32,000 bases of DNA from Vibrio alginolyticus NBRC 15630 = ATCC 17749 (GCF_000354175.2 NC_022349.1:630001-662000), one strand, 5' to 3'. Counted from the stretch's first letter, positions 9,023-16,897 are shown. Made by a program: numbers and translations. The notes: a model not told the origin generated them from the sequence alone.

Positions 9023-9422
9023 CGGGATTTGGGTTGCGTACATCCTGAGCTGTCTGACCCCGTTTACGTTTCTGATCTCAGGCGTTATCGCAATTATCTA
9101 TGCGGGTTACCGATTAGATAAGGGAGAAGACAGTGACGTAGTGATTTCTCATTACTACGGTTTAATTCGTACCTTCTTTCTCTACCTGACGTTTTTTGTT
9201 GTGTTGATCGTCACCGTCGCGACTTCTAACGGTGTACTCGTTGGCGTGAGTGATTATTGGTTGCATAGTACTTTGCTTGAAACCATCGCTTACTTTATTC
9301 CTTGGGTAGGGATGGTGTTTGCTGCATTAGCCATCTTGGTGTGGTTTATGCGAATGTTTCAAGGGATGCAGCAACTGCTCAATAACCAACCACACAGACC
9401 ATCGACAGGTCCAAACCTTTAA
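9006..9422 (+). CDS. Small polytopic membrane protein, unknown function, overlapping the fdhC 3' end
   Basis: 138 aa with 3-4 hydrophobic helices. Its ATG lies 17 nt inside fdhC, and the gene is followed by the operon terminator. Confidence 0.55.
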   Translation: MNKPHNGIWVAYILSCLTPFTFLISGVIAIIYAGYRLDKGEDSDVVISHYYGLIRTFFLYLTFFVVLIVTVATSNGVLVGVSDYWLHSTLLETIAYFIPWVGMVFAALAILVWFMRMFQGMQQLLNNQPHRPSTGPNL

Positions 9423-9440
9423 TCAGTATTCTTTAAGCAA

Positions 9441-9467
9441 AACCGCCGTAATAGGCGGTTTTTTTTG
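9441..9467 (+). terminator. Rho-independent terminator closing the FDH operon
   Basis: ACCGCC / GGCGGT stem followed by a T8 run. Confidence 0.8.
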
Positions 9468-9846
9468 TTGCTGTTTTGTCTCAAATATGAAGCGTTGAGT
9501 CGCAGTGGTGATACTTGATGCAACTTATTGAGTGAATTTACGTAACTGGGCAGAAAATCATAGTTAAGTAAGAAACATGTAAAAAAATCGCGTCACGATG
9601 AGACATTAGTCTCACTCACGCTATTGTTCATTTACTCAGGATTCATCGTCCCGTTAAAGTACGCTGCGCTCAGAAATTCAAAGAGTTGCATACGTGAAAA
9701 TTGCCATCAATACATTCAGTCTACTCATACAGAGGAATCTCTATCGGAGGATGTTTGATTAAGGCATCTTGCTCTCACAAATAAAAAGAGCGAAACGAGC
9801 ATTAAATGATGCGGCAAGGTAAGAAAAGGACAAACACGTTACGGCT

Positions 9847-12800
9847 ATGATCCCTCAATTCGTCATTCCTATCACGAATCGCTTTGGCGAAAGTTATCAC
9901 TTCTCTGGTCAGTTACTTACTAGCGGCGAACCTAAAACATTCGTGACCAAACAAGAGGCAATAGAGTTTCTTGAGAGCTTTGGTGAGCTTGACCTTCGCT
10001 CTGTCGAGGACTTGTTCTATGCGATTGGTCAATTCAAGCCAAACATACCTGACGGTGAGCTTACTTCCCAACACTATAATTCAACGTTTGCCAATGCTTT
10101 GGTGAACGGTGACTTGCATGTCGCTCGAATTGTACCTACCGGCGAAAACTACGCACTCTCGTCAGCGGTTACGCCTCCACCGACTCAAAATACCGTCAAT
10201 GCAAAACCATCGAAGGGAAAGGGGAAGTCGAATAAAAAGAGTGGCAGAAGTGCCGCATCCGACAAGCCTCAGCAACAAAGCAGCGAAAAACATGAGAAAG
10301 CCGGTGATCCTGTATCACTTGTGACGGGTGAAGAAATTCTCGAACTCTATGATATCGAGCTACAACAAGGTACTACTTGGCAGCGTACTTACCGCTCTTC
10401 GCAGTCGGATGTAAATCATGGAATGGGCTTTGGTTGGCGACATGCATTTCAGTTTGAATTACGCGAAAAGACGAACGAGAAAGACAATGTTATCGCTTGG
10501 GAGTTTGTTGACGATAAGGCCGATATCACAGAATTTGAGCCAGTAGATATTGGAGCAACAAGTTATCAAATATACGCTGGTGCGAGCTGTTATTTCCTGA
10601 GCTCAACAACTCGGATTGTAACGCTCGCGAATGGGCATCAATATCGATTTGAACAGAAAGATGATCGTTGGGTTGTTAAACAAGTCAGAAATGGCACGTT
10701 TTCAACGTTTCAACTGCAGTATTCTCGAAACCATCGATTGATCGAGATTGCATACAACAAGCGTCCGGTTCTTGAATGTCAATATGATAAGCAAGGACGC
10801 CTTGTAGAACTGCTAAATGCAAAGTCCCAAAAAGTTCTGACAACTTATACCTATGATGAGCACGATGATTTGGTCAGTGCAACTAATCATTTAGGCTTAA
10901 AGGAACAGTATCAATACCGCGGGCATTTAATTGTTAAACGTGTACGACCAACTGGCTTTACTCATTATTTTGAATGGGATGGCGAAGGTGCAAAAGCGAA
11001 ATGCATCAGAAACGTTGGGGACGCAGGAATTTATGACTATCGCTTCCATTATCAAGGAAATCACTCTTCTTATTCTGACTCGTTAGATCATCAATGGTCT
11101 TTCTTGCATGACGAGCAGGGTAACTTACTCGAGAAAATAAGCCCCACAGGTAAAACTTGGCGATGGCAATATGATGAATTAGGGCGAAAAGCGCAAGCTA
11201 TCTATCCTGATCAGTCAACGGTCAATTATCAATATAATCAGCATGGTCAATTAGTTTCTAAGTTTCATTCCTCTGGCAAAGAAATTCAATATGGTTATGA
11301 CGGCTTAGGTAAGTTAGTTAAAACGGTTTCACCTGACGGGGATATCGAGAAGGCTTACTACAATAGCCTCGGTCAAAGAGTTTGGGATACCGACCAGTTT
11401 GGCTGTGTCACGGAATATGATTACGATAAACACGGTCAAGTCGTCAAAAAAGAGTCTGAAGATGGTAAGAAAAGTCAGTGGTGGTGGGATGAACAACAAA
11501 GACTTATCGCGAATGAAATAGACGGTACATTACTTCGTTATAGCTACAATGAAGAAGATTTAGTGAATGGCGTTGCTTATCCCGATGGGTGTATTGCTCA
11601 ACTCGCTTATGATCAATTTGGCAGGCGTACATCAGTTCGTTATTTTAACGACGAAGACAAAGTCGGTTATAGCGAAGAATATTCTTACGATGAGCACAGC
11701 CGTGTTGCTCAGATTCGAACGCCAGCAGGCATTACCTCATATCAATGGGGAGCACTCGCGCAACAAGAAGCAGTCATCTTTCCCGATGGCAGCCATATTT
11801 CTTACGAATACGATCAACAACGTAACCTGACTAAATTAGTTCGGAGTGACGGCTTAGAGTTCGAATTCCTGTATGACGATGAAGGCCAGCTGTCAGGAAC
11901 TGTCGGGTTTGATAATCTACAAAGCCAATTTGATTATGATCATATGGGACGGATCCATCGTAAGCAAGTCGCCGATAGGACTGTGCTGTATCGCTATGAC
12001 GCTGCGGGTTATCTCAAGCACGTCAAAGCAGGAAATGGTAGCAGTATTGTAGAGAACCACTTCAACTATACGCTTGGTGGTCGACTTACTTTCGCATCCA
12101 ATCGCCATCAAACATTGCAATACCAACACTCTTCATTCGGGCATTTAACAAAGCGCATTCAAGGTCAGTTTGAGATAGCGCAGGAGTTTAACAGAGTTGG
12201 CCAACGCGTATCTCAGGTACTGCCAGATAATACGGAGCTGAACTTCTCTTACGATCGATATGGGCGTTTTTCAGCGATTCGGTTTGGAAACCTAGATTTA
12301 CCTCAAATCAAATTTCATTACGATGAAATGGGACGAGTTTCCCAAATTGAAACGGCATATTTTAATGAGCGCATCATTTATGATGGTGTTGGTCGTTTGG
12401 TCGAACAACATTGGCCTGATAGAGAGAAAAAGTACGTTTACAATGCGCAAAACCGTATTTCATCAATCATTGATAATACGGCAGGAGCAACACACTATCA
12501 GTACGATGCCTTAGGGCAACTGAAACGAGTCAATGCTTCCGGAGAAGTGACTAAGTTTGAATACGATAGTTTTGGCAATCCTACTTTGCCATCTTCAGAG
12601 GTATTCGCTGATCGTATTGAAGTACACGATGGTGTCCGGTTCAAATATGACGCGCAAGGAAACCAGACAAAACGTGAGGGGCAAGGACACGTTCAGACTC
12701 GCGTATTTGATGCGTTAAATCAGCTCATTGAAGTTCACACCGACGATGGCATCAGTCAATATGAATATGATGCATTAGGGCGCAGGACGAAGAAAATTAC

Positions 12801-14226
12801 ACAACAAGGCGTTACGGAGTTCTTGTGGGAAGGGGAACGTTTAATTGGTGAACGCTCTTCATGCGCTTTCCGCTGGTACCTATATCAACCAGAAACCTAC
12901 ACGCCAGTGGCACTGCTAGAAAATGACGTTATTTATTGGTACCAGTGCGATCAAGTTGGTAAACCAGAGCGACTGATCGATTGCGAGGGGAATGTTGTAT
13001 GGAGTGCCAGCTACGATGCTCATGGCTTTGCTCATGTACATATTGAAAAAGTAGTAAATCCACTGCGTTTTCAAGGGCAGTACTTCGATCAAGAAACCGA
13101 CTTACACTACAACCTCGCTCGGTATTACGATCCTAAGCTAGGACGCTTTATCCAACAAGATCCGATATCTATTGCTGGTGGCATTAACCATTACCAATAT
13201 GCAGTCAATCCTATCCAGTGGATTGATCCAACAGGTTTCCTTTGTGAAGAAGGGTTAAAACGCTTGGGTCAAATGTTGGCAGCGTATCAGGCGCAAAGCG
13301 ATGTCCCCCAAGAGGTTTGCGATCAGATTTTAGAGGCAGCAAAAGAATCATCCGTCGGAGAAGATGGCGTTCGCTCGCAAGTCAAAATCCGAAAACCCAA
13401 AGGTAAAAATCATATTCGATATGAATACGATTTAGACCATATTGATTGCGAGAAAAATGAAATTACTTTTTATCGTCATATCAATCATTCAGATGGCAGC
13501 AGGCACGAAGTTCAGTATGTTGTTGGGATTGAGGAATTTGTAAATGCGCATGTTTTTGACTCAGAGAAAGTTGGCGGGGAAGAAGGTTGCACGATCTTTA
13601 CTGAAGATCTTGTGCTGAATAAAGCAGAGTATAAAGAAAACTCTGAACTCAATACGAGTGATTATGAGCTAACAGAAAGAAACAAAGAAAAAATTGACGA
13701 ATGCTTAAAAGAGCGTCAAGAGGCAATCGACGCTCGAGCTGGCGAAGAGGGATATAACGCTCAAATTGGTAATATTAACCAACAGTCTGCAAAAATAGGT
13801 GAGTTGGCCGCGGATGACTTTGTCCGGAGTAAACGTCCTAATGCTAAGCTGCTTCATCCCAAAGATATTGGAACCTCAATTTCGAAGCCGGGCGACTTTG
13901 ATATGGTTTACCTCTCAGATGATCCTGAAGAAATCATCATCGTTGAGGCTAAGGGGGGCAGCAGCCCGCTCGGCAGTCGTAAAATTGGCAATGAAGCATA
14001 TCAGCAAGGGACAAGTAAATATGCGGCGGAAATAGTTAAGTTAATGTCAGAGAATAAAGAAGGAACGACTGAAAAATTAGCTGCCGACGAAATCCAATTT
14101 GCAGCTTTCTCCGGCATACCTATTCGATATATACATACTCAAGCAAGCATCCCAGAAAGTGGAAAAGCCTCGGACGTAAAACTAGAAGTGGCAGAATTTA
14201 AAATTGATTCAGAAGGACTAAAGTAA
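9847..14226 (+). CDS. Rhs/YD-repeat polymorphic toxin (PAAR-less) with a C-terminal PD-(D/E)xK nuclease-like payload
   Basis: 1459 aa with about 20 YD repeats (e.g. QYDKQGRLVEL, YGYDGLGKLVKT, YEYDALGRRTKK). The shell opens with DPVSLVTGEE (aa 154) and closes with RYYDPKLGRFIQQDP...PIQWIDPTGF. The only in-frame start is ATG 9847, because TAA lies at 9820. Confidence 0.93.
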   Translation: MIPQFVIPITNRFGESYHFSGQLLTSGEPKTFVTKQEAIEFLESFGELDLRSVEDLFYAIGQFKPNIPDGELTSQHYNSTFANALVNGDLHVARIVPTGENYALSSAVTPPPTQNTVNAKPSKGKGKSNKKSGRSAASDKPQQQSSEKHEKAGDPVSLVTGEEILELYDIELQQGTTWQRTYRSSQSDVNHGMGFGWRHAFQFELREKTNEKDNVIAWEFVDDKADITEFEPVDIGATSYQIYAGASCYFLSSTTRIVTLANGHQYRFEQKDDRWVVKQVRNGTFSTFQLQYSRNHRLIEIAYNKRPVLECQYDKQGRLVELLNAKSQKVLTTYTYDEHDDLVSATNHLGLKEQYQYRGHLIVKRVRPTGFTHYFEWDGEGAKAKCIRNVGDAGIYDYRFHYQGNHSSYSDSLDHQWSFLHDEQGNLLEKISPTGKTWRWQYDELGRKAQAIYPDQSTVNYQYNQHGQLVSKFHSSGKEIQYGYDGLGKLVKTVSPDGDIEKAYYNSLGQRVWDTDQFGCVTEYDYDKHGQVVKKESEDGKKSQWWWDEQQRLIANEIDGTLLRYSYNEEDLVNGVAYPDGCIAQLAYDQFGRRTSVRYFNDEDKVGYSEEYSYDEHSRVAQIRTPAGITSYQWGALAQQEAVIFPDGSHISYEYDQQRNLTKLVRSDGLEFEFLYDDEGQLSGTVGFDNLQSQFDYDHMGRIHRKQVADRTVLYRYDAAGYLKHVKAGNGSSIVENHFNYTLGGRLTFASNRHQTLQYQHSSFGHLTKRIQGQFEIAQEFNRVGQRVSQVLPDNTELNFSYDRYGRFSAIRFGNLDLPQIKFHYDEMGRVSQIETAYFNERIIYDGVGRLVEQHWPDREKKYVYNAQNRISSIIDNTAGATHYQYDALGQLKRVNASGEVTKFEYDSFGNPTLPSSEVFADRIEVHDGVRFKYDAQGNQTKREGQGHVQTRVFDALNQLIEVHTDDGISQYEYDALGRRTKKITQQGVTEFLWEGERLIGERSSCAFRWYLYQPETYTPVALLENDVIYWYQCDQVGKPERLIDCEGNVVWSASYDAHGFAHVHIEKVVNPLRFQGQYFDQETDLHYNLARYYDPKLGRFIQQDPISIAGGINHYQYAVNPIQWIDPTGFLCEEGLKRLGQMLAAYQAQSDVPQEVCDQILEAAKESSVGEDGVRSQVKIRKPKGKNHIRYEYDLDHIDCEKNEITFYRHINHSDGSRHEVQYVVGIEEFVNAHVFDSEKVGGEEGCTIFTEDLVLNKAEYKENSELNTSDYELTERNKEKIDECLKERQEAIDARAGEEGYNAQIGNINQQSAKIGELAADDFVRSKRPNAKLLHPKDIGTSISKPGDFDMVYLSDDPEEIIIVEAKGGSSPLGSRKIGNEAYQQGTSKYAAEIVKLMSENKEGTTEKLAADEIQFAAFSGIPIRYIHTQASIPESGKASDVKLEVAEFKIDSEGLK
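13210..13239 (+). other. Rhs C-terminal autoproteolysis motif (PxxxxDPxGF)
   Basis: PIQWIDPTGF (aa 1122-1131), preceded by the YDPKLGRF aspartyl-protease block. The payload is predicted to start at L1132. Confidence 0.8.
13240..14223 (+). other. Rhs C-terminal toxin region (aa 1132-1459): unassigned ~178 aa plus PD-(D/E)xK-like core
   Basis: Candidate catalytic residues are E1319 (helix GELAADDF), D1350/D1352 (PGDFDMVYL) and E1367-A-K1369 (IIIVEAKGG). The 15-17 residue spacing is typical of the restriction-endonuclease fold. Confidence 0.6.
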
Positions 14227-14228
14227 AA

Positions 14229-15128
14229 ATGCAAAGCAAAGAATCGGTCAAAGTTGTAGAGCGCAAAGCAAATCCTGAACTTGACACTCAAGCCATTGTG
14301 AATCGGAAAAAATTTATAAACCGGGTCTTAGATAACAGAAAAGAAGGTCTTAAAATCAGGCGGGAAAACCTGGTCAGTCTTGGTGATTTTGCCATTGACC
14401 AGGTTCGCTGGTATACCTGGTTTCAAGCCTCACATGAAGATGAGCAAATATGTACCTTGCGTCTTTATGAAACTTCGCTAATGGGCGCATGTTATCATCG
14501 GCTCGCTATGTATCAGAAAGAACCATTAAGTATCCAGATACTCGGCTATCCAGAAGTGACATGGGATGGGGAAGGTATTTTAAAAACAGGCTTCATTTGT
14601 CCTTCAATGTGGCTAGATGCGTATTTTACTTCGGTGATTGTGCGTGATAAACCTAGCATGGACGTATTGGCGAACTTTCCGATTTCTTTGATGAGACAAA
14701 GCTCTACTAAAGCGGGTGAATTGTCTTACATGTTAGTAGATGTCATCCAGTCGTTTCATAATCGCACATCGGACTATCCTGATAAGCTCGTCGCAGCAAT
14801 GGACGCAGCGGTAGCCCAAGGGGATAACTGGGCGTTGGAAATTGCGATGGGGCTCCTAGAAACCTTCGCAGCGCTCACTACTAACATTGGTTATGATTTT
14901 GAGGAAGTGCTCGTTAAAAACCTACAGTTTCAAGAGAAATATCATCTTAGAGAATTGGGACCAGATAGAGTAGGGATCCGCACGTTCATTAATTTCCCTC
15001 TGCTTGGTATGGCATGTATGTGGTATGACAAAGGTAACCGTTTATCTGTTGAAACTGGTTGGCTCCCCCCCTATCTCGTTGAAGGACGTTGGCTAGAAGA
15101 AGTAAAAGCCGGGAAGATCACTCGATAA
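14229..15128 (+). CDS. Cognate immunity protein candidate for the Rhs toxin
   Basis: 299 aa. Its ATG is 2 nt after the rhs stop. It has no signal peptide or TM segment, shares the low GC of rhs, and is followed by a terminator. Confidence 0.7.
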   Translation: MQSKESVKVVERKANPELDTQAIVNRKKFINRVLDNRKEGLKIRRENLVSLGDFAIDQVRWYTWFQASHEDEQICTLRLYETSLMGACYHRLAMYQKEPLSIQILGYPEVTWDGEGILKTGFICPSMWLDAYFTSVIVRDKPSMDVLANFPISLMRQSSTKAGELSYMLVDVIQSFHNRTSDYPDKLVAAMDAAVAQGDNWALEIAMGLLETFAALTTNIGYDFEEVLVKNLQFQEKYHLRELGPDRVGIRTFINFPLLGMACMWYDKGNRLSVETGWLPPYLVEGRWLEEVKAGKITR

Positions 15129-15155
15129 ACTCCTTTAGTTAGCAATTCCGTATAT

Positions 15156-15184
15156 AAGCCACCTCTCATGAGGTGGCTTTTACG
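15156..15184 (+). terminator. Rho-independent terminator after the immunity gene
   Basis: AAGCCACCTC / GAGGTGGCTT stem with a 4-nt loop followed by TTT. Confidence 0.7.
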
Positions 15185-15220
15185 TTTATCGTATAAAGTT
15201 TGCTGTTTGTTGAGCTATAT

Positions 15221-15261
15221 GGTGCGCATTATGTTGGTGCACTAAAACCATATTGGTGCAC
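15221..15261 (+). promoter_or_regulatory. GGTGC(A/G)C repeat cluster, possible NtrC-type enhancer
   Basis: GGTGCGC at 15221, and TTGGTGCAC at 15234 and 15253. GGTGCA is the NtrC half-site, but the dyad spacings are not canonical. The cluster lies 100-135 bp upstream of the sigma54 motif. Confidence 0.35.
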
Positions 15262-15357
15262 TTATTAGCGTGTTAAGCGCCATTTTAAGAATGCCTAATT
15301 TTATTAAAGTTCATACAAAACAATAAATTAAATCGTAAGTGTTAGAAATGTAAATTA

Positions 15358-15372
15358 TGGAATGAGAATTGC
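15358..15372 (+). promoter_or_regulatory. Sigma54 promoter candidate for amt
   Basis: TGGAATGAGAATTGC has GG and GC in the consensus register (TGGCAC-N5-TTGC). It lies about 100 nt upstream of ATG 15471. Confidence 0.45.
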
Positions 15373-15470
15373 TCTGATAGACGCTCTATAAATTAAGTTC
15401 ACCAAATTGGTGATGAGCCTAACTTTGATGCACAGGATAAGTGCGCTACAGATCAACGGAGACAATCATA

Positions 15471-16691
15471 ATGAGTGTAACTGCCAATCAGGTACACGGC
15501 GCTGTACAAACTCTCACGCAAAGTTCCGACACACTTTTCTTACTACTTGGCGCAATCATGGTTTTTTTGATGCATGCTGGTTTTGCTTTTCTTGAAGTAG
15601 GAACCGTGCGCCAAAAGAACCAAGTTAATGCTTTAGTTAAAATCTTGGCCGATTTCGGTATATCCGCCATCGCGTATTTTTTCATTGGATACTGGGTCGC
15701 TTATGGCGGCACCTTCTTCGCTGATGCTGAGACATTATCTCAAGGCAATGGTTACGAGTTAGTGAAGTTCTTTTTCTTGCTGACCTTCGCTGCAGCGATT
15801 CCCGCTATTGTTTCAGGTGGTATCGCAGAACGAGCTCGTTTTTATCCGATTTTAATCGCAACATTTTTCACTGTCGGTATTGTATACCCACTATTTGAAG
15901 GAATGATCTGGAACGGAAACTTTGGCGTTCAATCTTGGTTTGAAAATAGCTTTGGTTATGGCTTCCACGATTTTGCAGGTTCAGTCGTTGTGCATGGTGT
16001 TGGCGGCTGGATAGCGCTTGTTGCCGTCGTGTTTTTGGGCATGAGAAAAGGCAGAGTTCGAGCAGGAAAGCACACCAGCTTTGCACCTTCGAATATTCCG
16101 TTTTTGGCTTTGGGAGCTTGGGTCTTATGTGTGGGGTGGTTTGGCTTCAACGTCATGTCAGCTCAAACTGTGTCAGGCATAAGTGGCTTGGTGGCTATGA
16201 ACTCATTGATGGCAATGGTCGGGGGCATTGTCGCGTCACTGTTGGCTGGTAAGAATGACCCTGGCTTTATTCATAACGGCCCACTAGCTGGCTTGGTTGC
16301 TGTATGTGCGGGCTCAGACTTAATGCATCCTATCGGTGCTTTAGTGACAGGTGCGATTGCTGGCGTGCTATTTGTTTATCTTTTTACCCACCTACAAAAC
16401 AAAACCAAGATTGATGATGTGCTAGGTGTCTGGCCTTTACACGGTGTATGTGGCGCTTGGGGTGGTATTGCCGCTGGGATTTTTGGTCAAAGCGCATTGG
16501 GTGGGCTAGGTGGCGTGAGCATTATCGTTCAGCTTCTAGGAACGCTTTTGGGCCTTTCCATCGCAGTGCTTGGTGCACTTGTAGTCTACGGTGCGATTAA
16601 TACCAGTATGGGACTGAGGCTTTCAGAAGAAGACGAATTCAATGGCGCTGACCTAGCCATTCATAAAATATCTTCGACCAACGAGGATTGA
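15471..16691 (+). CDS. amtB: Ammonium transporter (Amt family)
   Basis: Start moved to ATG 15471 (MSVTANQ..., GGAGA ribosome-binding site). About 11 TM helices and Amt signatures (FLLLGAIMVFLMHAGFAFLEVG, DFAGSVVVHGVGG, GVWPLHGVCGAWGG). Confidence 0.9.
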   Translation: MSVTANQVHGAVQTLTQSSDTLFLLLGAIMVFLMHAGFAFLEVGTVRQKNQVNALVKILADFGISAIAYFFIGYWVAYGGTFFADAETLSQGNGYELVKFFFLLTFAAAIPAIVSGGIAERARFYPILIATFFTVGIVYPLFEGMIWNGNFGVQSWFENSFGYGFHDFAGSVVVHGVGGWIALVAVVFLGMRKGRVRAGKHTSFAPSNIPFLALGAWVLCVGWFGFNVMSAQTVSGISGLVAMNSLMAMVGGIVASLLAGKNDPGFIHNGPLAGLVAVCAGSDLMHPIGALVTGAIAGVLFVYLFTHLQNKTKIDDVLGVWPLHGVCGAWGGIAAGIFGQSALGGLGGVSIIVQLLGTLLGLSIAVLGALVVYGAINTSMGLRLSEEDEFNGADLAIHKISSTNED

Positions 16692-16702
16692 GGCCAATAT
16701 GG

Positions 16703-16725
16703 GAGCGGCATAAAGCCGCTCTTTT
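16703..16725 (+). terminator. Terminator after amt
   Basis: GAGCGGC / GCCGCTC stem followed by TTTT. Confidence 0.65.
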
Positions 16726-16897
16726 AGCAATTGTCTTTCTTGGCTTGGCCCGGAGGACAGAAATTACCATTACCTCGATGGTCATCATCATTGGTGCTGA
16801 CTCTCACCTTTACATCATCGACTTCGCCTTCAACATTGGTAAGTTGACAGCCTGCCAAAGTCAGAAGCAATGTAAACGTTAGAGATACTTGTCTCAT
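16724..16897 (-). CDS. Small lipoprotein (57 aa), absent from the ORF track
   Basis: My translation: MRQVSLTFTLLLTLAGCQLTNVEGEVDDVKVRVSTNDDDHRGNGNFCPPGQAKKDNC. Lipobox L-A-G-C, AAGAGGA 6 nt before the ATG, and the stop is adjacent to the hairpin. Confidence 0.5.
   Translation of the reverse strand: MRQVSLTFTLLLTLAGCQLTNVEGEVDDVKVRVSTNDDDHRGNGNFCPPGQAKKDNC

Noticed and set aside
10109-14035. Short ORFs inside or antisense to rhs (10109-10324, 11567-11830, 11917-12129, 12323-12514, 13799-14035).
   Set aside because: They are embedded in the continuous YD-repeat reading frame and have no independent signals.
15441-15470. N-terminal extensions in the ORF track for amt and for several other genes (18874-18909, 20155-20226, 24102-24173, 28469-28480, 30167-30247).
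   Set aside because: Internal ATGs with better SDs that begin at recognisable signal peptides or conserved N-termini are more plausible. The extensions overlap upstream genes or lack ribosome-binding sites.
16688-16882. 64-aa plus-strand ORF after amt.
   Set aside because: It has a TTG start overlapping the amt stop and reads through the terminator hairpin. The opposite strand carries a better-supported lipoprotein ORF.
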